From Vampirovibrionales bacterium (GTDB lineage: Bacteria > Cyanobacteriota > Vampirovibrionia > Vampirovibrionales > JAJTHC01), in the NCBI GenBank assembly GCA_021299615.1, contig JAJTHC010000027.1, positions 1 through 24,634 of the forward strand: a stretch of 24,634 nt of DNA, read 5' to 3'. Below are positions 1 to 8,671 of the stretch, in pieces. The position numbers were made by a program, and so were the translations under genes. Below the pieces are notes generated by a model, which did no database searches, was not told the DNA's origin, and saw nothing but the letters and a program-made list of their open reading frames with translations. Position 1 is the first letter of the stretch. Every line of letters starts with the position of its first letter.

Positions 1-1326
1 CAAGCGTTTTTTAGACGACACGTCTTCTTCTTTTTTCAAGGCTTCTTGCTCGATTTCCAGTTGTCGCAATTGACGGTTGACGACATCCAGCTCTTCAGGC
101 AGGCTGTCAATATCGGTGCGTAAGCGACTGGCGGCTTCATCCATCAGATCAATGGCTTTATCAGGCAAGAAGCGGTCTTGAATATAGCGTTTGGAAAGCG
201 TCACCGCAGCGACTAGTGCCGCATCCTTAATTCGCACCCCGTGATGCAATTCGTACTTTTCTTTTAAGCCTCTCAAAATACTAATGGTGTCTTCTTCACT
301 CGGTTCGTGAACTTGCACGGGTTGAAAGCGACGTTCTAACGCAGCGTCTTTTTCGATATATTTACGATATTCGTTAATGGTGGTTGCCCCAATGCAACGC
401 AATTCCCCACGAGCCAACTTGGGTTTGAGCAGATTGCTGGCATCCATGGCACCGCCATCGCCTCCGCCACCTGCACCCACAACGGTGTGCAATTCGTCGA
501 TGAATAAAATAATTTGCCCAGTAGAATCTTCCACTTCTTTCAAAACATCCTTGAGCCGTTCTTCAAATTCGCCCCGATACTTAGACCCTGCCAAGAGCAT
601 CCCCATATCGAGCGAAAAGACTTGCTTGTCTTTCAAGCCTTCAGGCACATCGCCTTTAATGATGCGTTGAGCCAACCCTTCGACGATCGCCGTTTTGCCG
701 ACCCCCGGTTCGCCAATGAGTACTGGGTTGTTTTTGGTACGACGGCTTAAAACTTGAATCACACGGCGGATTTCATCCTGCCTGCCAATGACGGGATCCA
801 ACTTGCCTGCCCGTGCTTTTTCGGTAAGATTATGCCCATATTTATGCAAGGCACTTTGTTCATTTTGAGCTTCTTCCGATGCGGTGGGTGTGTGCAAACC
901 TTCGGTCAAACTCACGGCGGTTACGCCAGAACGTCGTAATAAAGCGGATGCCAGCCCCCCTTCATCCAGCAAAGCAAGTAAAAGCTCTTCAGGCGAAATA
1001 AGGGATTTTCCTTGTTGATTCGCCATATTCCACGCCACATTTTGAACCAACGCAATGCGAGCCGACACATATAGATTCGATTCAATCGGATGATTCAATC
1101 GTGGGCGACTGGCAAGGTTCTTGGCTAGTTCAGCAATGACGGTGGGGTAATGCCCACCTAAGCTTTTGATGAGACTTTGGTGAGCCTTCATGCCCTGCCC
1201 ATGCTCAAGCAACGCCAGCAAAAGATGCTCTACATCCAGTTCGCTATGGCGAAACTGTACGGCAATGTCGTGGCTGATTTGCAACAAGCGTTGGGCTTCA
1301 GGGTCGTATCGGTTGACGTCGAACAT
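1..1326 (-). CDS. clpB: ATP-dependent chaperone ClpB, 5' part (runs off the window start)
   Basis: Manual translation from ATG at 1326 ([12 protein letters not shown]...): Clp N-domain, then '[49 protein letters not shown]' (Walker A of NBD1) and the start of the long M-domain '[30 protein letters not shown]', typical of ClpB. Not in the ORF track because it is truncated. Confidence 0.93.
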   Translation of the reverse strand, partial: MFDVNRYDPEAQRLLQISHDIAVQFRHSELDVEHLLLALLEHGQGMKAHQSLIKSLGGHYPTVIAELAKNLASRPRLNHPIESNLYVSARIALVQNVAWNMANQQGKSLISPEELLLALLDEGGLASALLRRSGVTAVSLTEGLHTPTASEEAQNEQSALHKYGHNLTEKARAGKLDPVIGRQDEIRRVIQVLSRRTKNNPVLIGEPGVGKTAIVEGLAQRIIKGDVPEGLKDKQVFSLDMGMLLAGSKYRGEFEERLKDVLKEVEDSTGQIILFIDELHTVVGAGGGGDGGAMDASNLLKPKLARGELRCIGATTINEYRKYIEKDAALERRFQPVQVHEPSEEDTISILRGLKEKYELHHGVRIKDAALVAAVTLSKRYIQDRFLPDKAIDLMDEAASRLRTDIDSLPEELDVVNRQLRQLEIEQEALKKEEDVSSKKRL

Positions 1327-1411
1327 AGGGGAATCCTCACAAAATTAAAAGACTTTTCCCCATTATAACTTTTTTTAATTACTTGTGATTGTTTTTAAGA
1401 AAAAATCAATA

Positions 1412-1561
1412 TATAGACGTCTTTAGAGTTTTCTGTAGAGGTGGCTAGACGAGGAGCCTAGATTATTTTGTGAGGGCGTGTAGTGAGACCTACATAACTG
1501 AACAAAATAATCGTAGCGACAAAGTATAGACCCTGTACAGAAAATTATAAAGACGTCTATA
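1412..1561 (+). mobile_element. 150-bp ERIC/MITE-like palindromic element, copy 1
   Basis: Perfect 14-bp TIR tatagacgtcttta (1412-1425) / taaagacgtctata (1548-1561). Shares the core aggagcctagattattttgt...acaaaataatcgtagcgacaa with the other copies. Confidence 0.88.
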
Positions 1562-1569
1562 GCGAAAAA

Positions 1570-1938
1570 CTACCTACCAACGTTAGAGGCTGTCTTGATA
1601 TTGTTAATCACCGTGCTTAGGCGTTTTGACACCATGTTGAAATACATCAAGTTCTTTTGCATGTCCATCAATTCATTTTGTAGATTGACGGTGCCGTCGC
1701 CTTCGGTACTCAACATATCGGGGAGCTGGCTTGCCCCCATACGGCTGGAAAGGCTGGTGTCCATCACGCTGTTGTCTGCCCCTAAAAAGGTTTCAAACTT
1801 GTAGTGCTTGGGCTTGTATCCTGGCGTGTTGACGTTGGCGATATTGTCCGCCGATGCCTTTTGCATGGTGATAAGGTTACTAAGATTTTGACTTAAAGGA
1901 GCCACTGCTCCGTCGATATTGATGCCTGAAAATTGCAT
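1570..1938 (-). CDS. flgB: Flagellar basal-body rod protein FlgB
   Basis: 122 aa; N-terminal 'ADNIANVNTPGYK' rod motif and C-terminal 'DGTVNLQNELMDMQKN'. Confidence 0.85.
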   Translation of the reverse strand: MQFSGINIDGAVAPLSQNLSNLITMQKASADNIANVNTPGYKPKHYKFETFLGADNSVMDTSLSSRMGASQLPDMLSTEGDGTVNLQNELMDMQKNLMYFNMVSKRLSTVINNIKTASNVGR

Positions 1939-1957
1939 GGTTTAGTCCTTTAAAAGC

Positions 1958-2665
1958 TTACTGTCTAATGCGGATCGCCTGATTAAGCAACTCATCCATG
2001 AGTTTGACGAGTCGCATATTGGTAATAACGCCTGCGTTAATCCGCATGGAATTGTGAACTTCGTCATATAAATCGACATTGGAACGTTCCAAGGCGCCTT
2101 GCATGATTTGAGGTTTTTCTTCCAAAGTCGGCGTGCCTGATTCTTCAGACGGTAAGAGTTGGTTACGGCTGGTTTTCACGAGTCCAGCAGGGTTGTCAAA
2201 CCGTGCTACGCTCAACTGCCCGATAACTTTTTTGTACCCGTCTTCCTTTTTTTTGATGCTCACTTCCCCTGTGGGAGACACCATGAGCTTGCCGAAATCC
2301 TGCGGAATTTGGATGCCTTGCCCCACAATGTCGCCTTCTTGGGTGACCAAAATACGGTCTCGATTGAGGCGAAAGCGACCGTCTTTGGTGTAAGCTTGTG
2401 AACCGTCTGGGCGAGTCACCATGAAGTAGGCGTTGGGATTTTTCAGGGCAAGATCAAACTCGTTTTGCGTGAGTTCTTGCATACCTGCGGTGGTGTCGGT
2501 TTGCAGGGAGCCTTTTAAGGCGTTGGCCCCGTCGAGGTAAAGATCAAAGCGTTCCGCTTTATAGCCTGTTGTTGTGTAGTTTGCCATGTTTTTCACAACG
2601 CTATTAAGGGCGTTATAATGCACCAAGCCGTTATTAGCGGCGGATTGAATCATACCGATGAGCAT
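1958..2665 (-). CDS. Flagellar rod protein, FlgF/FlgG family (divergent)
   Basis: 'KNMANYTTTGYK', 'YFMV...AYTKDGRFRLN...LVTQEG', 'QGALERSNVD' motifs; AGGAGG RBS at 2674-2679. Cannot separate FlgF from FlgG by eye. Confidence 0.88.
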   Translation of the reverse strand: MLIGMIQSAANNGLVHYNALNSVVKNMANYTTTGYKAERFDLYLDGANALKGSLQTDTTAGMQELTQNEFDLALKNPNAYFMVTRPDGSQAYTKDGRFRLNRDRILVTQEGDIVGQGIQIPQDFGKLMVSPTGEVSIKKKEDGYKKVIGQLSVARFDNPAGLVKTSRNQLLPSEESGTPTLEEKPQIMQGALERSNVDLYDEVHNSMRINAGVITNMRLVKLMDELLNQAIRIRQ

Positions 2666-2702
2666 ACGAAAAGCCTCCTACAGTTTTAGGGAACCGTAAG
2701 AA

Positions 2703-2729
2703 GTATCGGTATAAAAATAGTTTTATCTA
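2703..2729 (-). promoter_or_regulatory. Putative sigma28 (FliA)-type promoter
   Basis: Minus strand TAGA-N15-ACCGATAC versus consensus TAAA-N15-GCCGATAA, ~38 nt upstream of a flagellar rod gene. Confidence 0.5.
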
Positions 2730-2755
2730 AAACGGTCGTTTAAACAATGGAGAAA

Positions 2756-2855
2756 AACTAAAGAAACTAAACAAACTAAAGATTGCAGACTAAAGAAACT
2801 AAAGAAACTAAAGAAACTAAAGATTCAAAACTAAAGAAGCTAAATAAACTAAAGA
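2756..2855. repeat. Tandem array of ten 9-bp units (AACTAAAGA) with two 5-bp interruptions
   Basis: Units 3+4+3 separated by ttgca (2783-2787) and ttcaa (2824-2828); the array abuts the symporter stop codon at 2856-2858. Confidence 0.95.
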
Positions 2856-4214
2856 CTAGTTGTTTTCCATTTGAATGACATTTTCCCACTCATCGGAACC
2901 GTTAATGACATCATAATTGAGATCACCTTCTTGAGCGGAAACAAGCGTCGCCACCGTGCAACTGGAAATCACGTTAATGGCGGTTCGCAACATATCTAAA
3001 ATGCGGTCAATCGGCCAAAGTAGAGCGATGCCTCCAAATAAAGGCGTAAAACCTTCGCCAATAGAATTGATGACAATCGCCATGGTGATTAAGCCTGCAC
3101 TCGGCACACCAGGGGTCGCAATAGACGCCAAAATCGAAAAGACCACGATGAGAACTTGAGTCCACAAGGTGAGTTCAAGCCCAAAGGCTTGAGCGAGGAA
3201 TAAAACAGCGATAACTTCAAAAAGGGTCGTTCCTGTTTTGTTGATGCTGGCACCTGTGGGTAAAACAAAACTAGCGACTTGATGGCTCACACCCACACGA
3301 TTTTCGCAACAGGCAATCGACACAGGCAAAGTTGCGGAGCTGGATGCCGTCCCGAAGGAAACCATAATCGCTTCACTAATGGCTCGATAGAATTGTAGGA
3401 AGTTCACTTTCGCCACAGTTTTTAGCAAAATCGGAATTAAAATAAAGGTTTGAATCAACAAGCCCATGACAACCACAAGCGTGTAAGGGGCTAAAATCTG
3501 GAAGATTTGTGGCCCTGCTTTGGCTACTGAAATATAAGTCAAACTAAACACACCAGGAACGGCCAGGATGAACACCCAATCGGTTAGTTTCATGGTGGTG
3601 GCGAAAATGGATTCAAAAAAGGCAATCACAGGACGCCCCGCTTCACCCACTTTCGACAAGGCACTGGCAAAGAAAATCGTAAACAAGACCAACGGCACCA
3701 TTTCGGCTTTTGCCAAGGCTTCCATGGGGTTTTTGGGAATCAAGTTGAGAAAGAGTTCTTTTAAACTGTAAGCATTTGCCGTGATGTGGCTGACATCGAC
3801 AGGGGGGCGGTGCGACATGCTCGCTAAAGCGGATGTTGGATCTTGCATCAGCGTTTTGAGATATTCACCTGGATGCAAAAACTGCCCAAGCCCTAGAGCA
3901 ATCAAGGCGGAAAGCGTCATCATAATGACGAACCAACCCAAGACTCGACCGCCGAAGCGACCTAAGGAGCGACCATCACTCACGCTCGTGACGCCCACAA
4001 CAAGGGAACTGACCACGATCGGCACAACCAGCATACCAATCAAGCGAATGAAGACCTGCCCAATGGTATCAAAAATGGAATAAAATACATGAAACTTCGG
4101 ATCGCTTAACGCCAAACCCAAGCTAGCCCCTGCCACAATGGCAAACAAGATATGCCAATGACGCTTTGTGCCTAAGCCAAGTGCTAATAATGCCAACCAC
4201 AAAAAACGTTTCAT
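2856..4214 (-). CDS. Dicarboxylate/amino acid:cation symporter (DAACS/SDF, GltP-like)
   Basis: Multi-TM protein with 'SFGTASSSATLP', 'VLPTGASINKTGT' and 'IDRILDMLRTAINV' motifs. Start moved to ATG 4214 because of a GGAGAG RBS at 4224-4229 (ORF track starts at 4265). Confidence 0.93.
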   Translation of the reverse strand: MKRFLWLALLALGLGTKRHWHILFAIVAGASLGLALSDPKFHVFYSIFDTIGQVFIRLIGMLVVPIVVSSLVVGVTSVSDGRSLGRFGGRVLGWFVIMMTLSALIALGLGQFLHPGEYLKTLMQDPTSALASMSHRPPVDVSHITANAYSLKELFLNLIPKNPMEALAKAEMVPLVLFTIFFASALSKVGEAGRPVIAFFESIFATTMKLTDWVFILAVPGVFSLTYISVAKAGPQIFQILAPYTLVVVMGLLIQTFILIPILLKTVAKVNFLQFYRAISEAIMVSFGTASSSATLPVSIACCENRVGVSHQVASFVLPTGASINKTGTTLFEVIAVLFLAQAFGLELTLWTQVLIVVFSILASIATPGVPSAGLITMAIVINSIGEGFTPLFGGIALLWPIDRILDMLRTAINVISSCTVATLVSAQEGDLNYDVINGSDEWENVIQMENN

Positions 4215-4326
4215 GCCACAATGCTCTCCATGTAAAATATCAAGTACAGAAGTATAATATGCCAAAGGTATAAATTATACAAGACATTATACAGGGGGTT
4301 ATATATTTAATCACGCTAAAAATTGA

Positions 4327-5223
4327 TTAAATCGAATCTGATGCCTTTGAAGAGCTGGACAAAATGAACAAATCGATGATTTCAGAAAGTTCGTTGGCTT
4401 TGCCTTGATAATGCTTAATATCGGATTCTAGCTTGCGAATCACGGTTTTGTATTCTTCAATCTTTTTAATGTTGCCACGCACGGCTTCCAACATTTCAGA
4501 TTGAGCCGCTTGGGCTTCAGAAAGCACTTCTTCCATGGCAATACCCATGGCTTCCATGGTCAAGCGAATGATTTGAGCCCCTGTTTGTTTGGTTACGCCT
4601 TCAGGCAAGTTATTGACAAGTGTAATTAAGGTACGCACATTATTGGTGTATTCAGTGTCATAAATCGGCTTGGGTTCTGCCAAGTGATTTAAGGACAATT
4701 GAGGTTTACGAGCCACCACTTCCGTATAGCTGGATTGAGCCACTTCAGCATCTAAGGGACTAAAATTAATGGCGGTTGAAATGTTTTCAGCAATACGTTC
4801 ATCGCTAACGTCATTATTGTAAACAGAATCAAGAAGTGCGTCATCTAAGTCAATGTTTTGAATGCCTTCAAGAGAGGGGGCTTCAGAAAGATCGTTATAG
4901 CTGGGGGACATGGGTAAAGCTCCTATAGAATCATCGGAATATGCAGATATTTTTGCTTCATGTGCTTCAAGTAAAACATCATGGGGGACTATTCCACTAA
5001 TTCTAGCATCCTTCTGATTTTTTGTCTCGTTTTTTTCTTCTTCAGCTAAATCGGATATTGATTCACCCGATGTGGCTGAGATGGTAAAATTTGTTTTAGA
5101 TGAATTTAAACGTGATTTAATACGTTCAAGGGTGGGCGATGTGCTTGGCAAATCAAGTAAAGGGCGGTGGGTTTGTTCGGCTTGATTAAGGCGTTCTTTC
5201 AAGCGTTCAAAGCGATACTTCAT
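4327..5223 (-). CDS. Hypothetical protein; acidic/disordered centre and C-terminal coiled coil
   Basis: 298-aa ORF with an AAAGGA RBS; heptad-like C-terminal 90 aa. No family recognised. Confidence 0.8.
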   Translation of the reverse strand: MKYRFERLKERLNQAEQTHRPLLDLPSTSPTLERIKSRLNSSKTNFTISATSGESISDLAEEEKNETKNQKDARISGIVPHDVLLEAHEAKISAYSDDSIGALPMSPSYNDLSEAPSLEGIQNIDLDDALLDSVYNNDVSDERIAENISTAINFSPLDAEVAQSSYTEVVARKPQLSLNHLAEPKPIYDTEYTNNVRTLITLVNNLPEGVTKQTGAQIIRLTMEAMGIAMEEVLSEAQAAQSEMLEAVRGNIKKIEEYKTVIRKLESDIKHYQGKANELSEIIDLFILSSSSKASDSI

Positions 5224-5318
5224 GGCAAGTGTTCCTTTATTTTGAATTAACGCTATTCTAGCCTATTTCAGACGACTCACTTTATTTAACGCCCAATTTT
5301 CCCATAAATGAAGGACGC

Positions 5319-5468
5319 TATAGTGTTTTAAAGAGTTTTCCAGACAGTAGGCTAGACGAGGAGCCTAGATTATTTTGTGAAGAAGTGTAGATAGACCTAC
5401 ATGACTGAACAAAATAATCGTAGCGACAAAGTATAGACACCGTAGGGGAAATTATTTAAAACACTATA
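5319..5468 (+). mobile_element. 150-bp ERIC/MITE-like palindromic element, copy 2
   Basis: Perfect TIR tatagtgttttaaa / tttaaaacactata; 145/150 identical to copy 5 by manual alignment. Confidence 0.9.
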
Positions 5469-5494
5469 TAGAAAGTTCTGCGAAAGGGGAAACC

Positions 5495-5566
5495 CTCATC
5501 CTGAGTGAAACGAAGGATCTCCTAGCCTTTACGGTTTGGGAGATGTTTCGCTATGTTCAACATGAC
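5495..5566. repeat. REP-like palindrome of the 'tcatcctgag-gaa-cgaaggatct...agat--ttcgct--gttcaacatgac' type
   Basis: Imperfect long hairpin (tcatcctgag/ttcaacatga, atctcc/ggagat). Resembles a widespread intergenic palindrome family. Lies 20 nt past the fliI stop and may act as a terminator. Confidence 0.65.
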
Positions 5567-5585
5567 GTCTTGTCTTTTTGTAGCT

Positions 5586-6914
5586 TTATCTAACCGCAAG
5601 TATAGACTTCAACTGTTCCAACGCCTCCTCAAAAGGGACGTTGTCTTGAATGCCTTGGCGTAAAAAATCCATGAGCGGATCATGCAATTTCACCGCACGA
5701 TCCAACGCCGCATTCTGCCCAGCCACATACGCCCCCACCGAAAGCAAGTCTTCATTTTGCTGATACGTCGCCAGCAACCGACGGGCTTCACTCGCCAACG
5801 CCTGATGTTCCGTACCAGCCAAGATCGTGAACAAACGACTGACGGATGCCCCCACATCAATCGAAGGGAAATGGTTGCGTTGAGCCAAATCACGAGACAA
5901 AACGACGTGACCGTCCAACAAACCACGGGTTAAATCGGCAATGGGTTCGTTGAAGTCGTCGCCTTCCACCAAAACCGTGTAAATCCCTGTAATGCTTCCT
6001 TTTTCGCCCATGCCTGTGCGTTCGAGCAATTTCGGCATGAAGGCATACACACTGGGCGGATACCCCCGCGTCGCAGGAGGCTCCCCCGCTGCCAAGCCGA
6101 CTTCTCGTAATGCCATGGCAATACGAGTCACGCTGTCCATCATCAATAGCACTTGTTTGCCTTCATCTCTGAAGTATTCGGCAATGGCAGTTGCCACGAG
6201 TCCAGCTTTTATTTTAACCAAGGCTGGGGCTTCGGCAGTGGCGACCACTAGCACGCTTCGCTTAATGCCTTCTTCACCTAGTGAATGCTGAATAAACTCC
6301 TTGACTTCACGACCCCGTTCGCCAATGAGTGCAATCACGTTGAGATCCGCCTTGGCATTACGAGCCAGCATCCCGAGCGTGGTGCTTTTTCCCACGCCAC
6401 TGCCTGCAAAAACACCGACTCGCTGACCGTAGCCGAGGGTTAAGGTGCTGTCCCACGCTTTTATGCCTGTGGGTAAGATCTCGTCGATTTCTTTGCGGTA
6501 CAAGGGATTCGGCGGTATGGCGGAAGCGTTGTATTCAATGGATGCTTTAGGTAAGCTGGTTTCAGGATTCATGGGATTGCCTAGACCGTCCAAGACATGC
6601 CCAAGCAAGTGAGGTCCCACGCCGACTTTAAAGGGTTCGCCTGTGTTCCAAACTCTCGCTCCGGGATGCAAGGCTTGCATCGAGCCAAGCGGCATCAAAA
6701 GCAAGTGACCGTCTTTAAAGCCCACGACTTCGCTTAGAATGGGATCGATGCGACTGCCTGCTTGTTCAATTTCGCAAATATCACCGAGCTTGGCATTCGG
6801 GCCTTGGGATTCTATCATTAAGCCAATGGTTTTGACGACACGCCCAAAGGCGACATCGTGGTGGCGTTGTCGGTTGGGGATTTCGATGTTTTGCAAGAGG
6901 GCGTCGTTTGTCAT
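5586..6914 (-). CDS. fliI: Flagellar export ATPase FliI
   Basis: Walker A 'AGSGVGKST', 'IALIGERGREV', 'LLMMDSVTR', 'GEPPATRGYPPS', 'LVEGDDFNEPI'. Confidence 0.93.
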   Translation of the reverse strand: MTNDALLQNIEIPNRQRHHDVAFGRVVKTIGLMIESQGPNAKLGDICEIEQAGSRIDPILSEVVGFKDGHLLLMPLGSMQALHPGARVWNTGEPFKVGVGPHLLGHVLDGLGNPMNPETSLPKASIEYNASAIPPNPLYRKEIDEILPTGIKAWDSTLTLGYGQRVGVFAGSGVGKSTTLGMLARNAKADLNVIALIGERGREVKEFIQHSLGEEGIKRSVLVVATAEAPALVKIKAGLVATAIAEYFRDEGKQVLLMMDSVTRIAMALREVGLAAGEPPATRGYPPSVYAFMPKLLERTGMGEKGSITGIYTVLVEGDDFNEPIADLTRGLLDGHVVLSRDLAQRNHFPSIDVGASVSRLFTILAGTEHQALASEARRLLATYQQNEDLLSVGAYVAGQNAALDRAVKLHDPLMDFLRQGIQDNVPFEEALEQLKSILAVR

Positions 6915-6967
6915 GGCGTTTCCTTAACAGTTCTTACTTATTATATAGAATCCTGCCAAAGAAAAGA

Positions 6968-7112
6968 TACAGCCGTTGAAGGAGTTTTGTAAATCTCTTC
7001 TTAGGAGCCTAGACTCGCAGATGTGTGAGATGTACAGAAGTGTACATAAGCACATCGAAAATCGTAGCGACAACGAAGAGACACTATACAGAAAATTATA
7101 AACTTGACTATA
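6968..7112 (+). mobile_element. Divergent copy 3 of the 150-bp element
   Basis: Keeps gagtttt, aggagcctaga, aatcgtagcgacaac and the tacagaaaattataaac...tata end. The central arm has a different sequence but still pairs (gatgtg/cacatc; atgtaca-gaag-tgtacat). Left arm is degenerate. Confidence 0.8.
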
Positions 7113-7142
7113 CCTAATAATATCAAAAAGTTTCATAGATTT

Positions 7143-7994
7143 CTACGGAGCAAAGGTCATCACATAAAAGCGATCGTAGTAATTGCTTTCGGAATCGCTG
7201 TTGATTGCTCCGTGATGCTGGTTTAAAAAGCCCAAATGCTCCGCAAACTCTTGAATACGGAAGTGGGGTTTACCAAATTGTGGCAAGCCTGTATTGCCCG
7301 CATACGCATCCGTCAAGCCGTCTTTGGCAACTCTTACAGAAGCCCCTGTGCTAGGATTCTTCACCGTACCCCAGTCGACATCTACCGCCACAAGCATGTG
7401 GTGATCGCCTGTGCCTTTTTTAATACCAATCAAAACCGTACCAGGAGGCGTTTTTTCAGGGCTTAAATCAGGAGCAAGTATGACCGTCAACTTGCCGAGC
7501 TTCTGCTTCTTGTAAAAATCCAAGAAGCTTTGGGTATGCGTCAAGGCATAGGGGATCTTCGCCGTCGTTTCAGGATACGCCTGCTTTAAGGCAGGCTTTG
7601 TGACATATTCCCAAATGGCGGCGGCACAGCCGTAAGAGCCAAGGTTGTAAGGGGTCTGCAATTTTGATTCGTGAGCTTGGTAAGCCAATTCCGCCATTTT
7701 GCGTTGCACACTTAGTCGAGGCGTGCCTAAGCCTGTCGACGTGCCGACATAAGCCATGGCTTTGCTAGAATGTTCAGAAAAGGCATTTGGCTTGGTTTTG
7801 ACGTTTTCAATAAAGGGAATTTTGATTTGATCATCCAACGCAACGACCGTAGGAGCCAGTTTTTTATGACCTTGTTCGGCTTGTTGAGGCTTATAGAGTT
7901 GCGTATAGGCTAACACACAAAAGCCTGTAAAAAAAATACCAAGTACAAAGCCTATAAAATGTTCCGAAAACCCGTGTTGTTTAGATGTAGCCAT
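7143..7994 (-). CDS. Hypothetical protein with an N-terminal membrane anchor; possible Cys/His (NlpC/P60- or papain-like) hydrolase
   Basis: 283 aa; hydrophobic residues ~13-31; 'GSYGCAAAIWEYV' and 'PGTVLIG...GDHHMLV'. The fold call is inference. Confidence 0.75.
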   Translation of the reverse strand: MATSKQHGFSEHFIGFVLGIFFTGFCVLAYTQLYKPQQAEQGHKKLAPTVVALDDQIKIPFIENVKTKPNAFSEHSSKAMAYVGTSTGLGTPRLSVQRKMAELAYQAHESKLQTPYNLGSYGCAAAIWEYVTKPALKQAYPETTAKIPYALTHTQSFLDFYKKQKLGKLTVILAPDLSPEKTPPGTVLIGIKKGTGDHHMLVAVDVDWGTVKNPSTGASVRVAKDGLTDAYAGNTGLPQFGKPHFRIQEFAEHLGFLNQHHGAINSDSESNYYDRFYVMTFAP

Positions 7995-8103
7995 ACGAAG
8001 GATTCCTAGAATAAAGAGGGGGGGACTTAACTGTTCTATCGATGAAGCACATTATATTCTACAAAAGCCGTTACATTTTTTTACTTACATTTTTTATTTA
8101 CGC

Positions 8104-8574
8104 TTATTTAATGACCTTCTTTTCATGTTTCCCACGATATTCCGCCCATAAATAGTCCAATCCATTAACGATAACCCCTACCCCCATGCCAGGAACGACA
8201 CCAGCGGCAAGAAGGTTATAGCCATAGGCAAGGCGTCCCATAAAAGAGGTAGCGTCTTTGAGGTCTTGCCTAGCATAGCCAATAAAGGCGCTACCCGATG
8301 GATGTTTGTCTTCTTCACTTAACACATGTTTTAAAAGCTGAATAAACTTATGGCGTTCATTTATTCTGAGTCCCACGCCTGCAAGCATAGCTAAAACGGC
8401 GGCTATGGTGCCAGACGTGGTATGAATGTCAAAAGTCGCAAGGGGTGCTTTTCGAGAAGCAAATTTTTGCCGTTGTTCTTCTTCAAAGGCTTGGCGTGTT
8501 TCAATCGCCGTCCGCTGGGTGACGACTTGGCTTAGATTTGTATAGTTAGTTGCGGGTCTAATTTTGTCAAGCAT
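8104..8574 (-). CDS. Hypothetical membrane-associated protein
   Basis: 156-aa ORF with two hydrophobic segments; GGAG just upstream; extended -10 TGcTAGACT at 8608-8616. Confidence 0.75.
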   Translation of the reverse strand: MLDKIRPATNYTNLSQVVTQRTAIETRQAFEEEQRQKFASRKAPLATFDIHTTSGTIAAVLAMLAGVGLRINERHKFIQLLKHVLSEEDKHPSGSAFIGYARQDLKDATSFMGRLAYGYNLLAAGVVPGMGVGVIVNGLDYLWAEYRGKHEKKVIK

Positions 8575-8671
8575 GGAGAAAAGTCTCTTTCAACATAGTT
8601 CATGCCAAGTCTAGCATACACATCTTCATAAAAACAGAAACAGATTTTTTTGTGTTATGCTTTTCTTCTTA

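Noticed and set aside
377-1368. Plus-strand ORFs 377-670, 514-750, 754-939 and 1177-1368
   Set aside because: Antisense shadows of clpB.
1327-1411. CIRCE/HrcA operator upstream of clpB
   Set aside because: TTAGCACTC-N9-GAGTGCTAA is not present; only a bare TATAAT at 1362-1367.
2756-2855. CRISPR interpretation of the short repeats, or of the 150-bp family
   Set aside because: Units are 9 bp without unique spacers, the 150-bp copies are dispersed over kilobases, and no cas genes are present.
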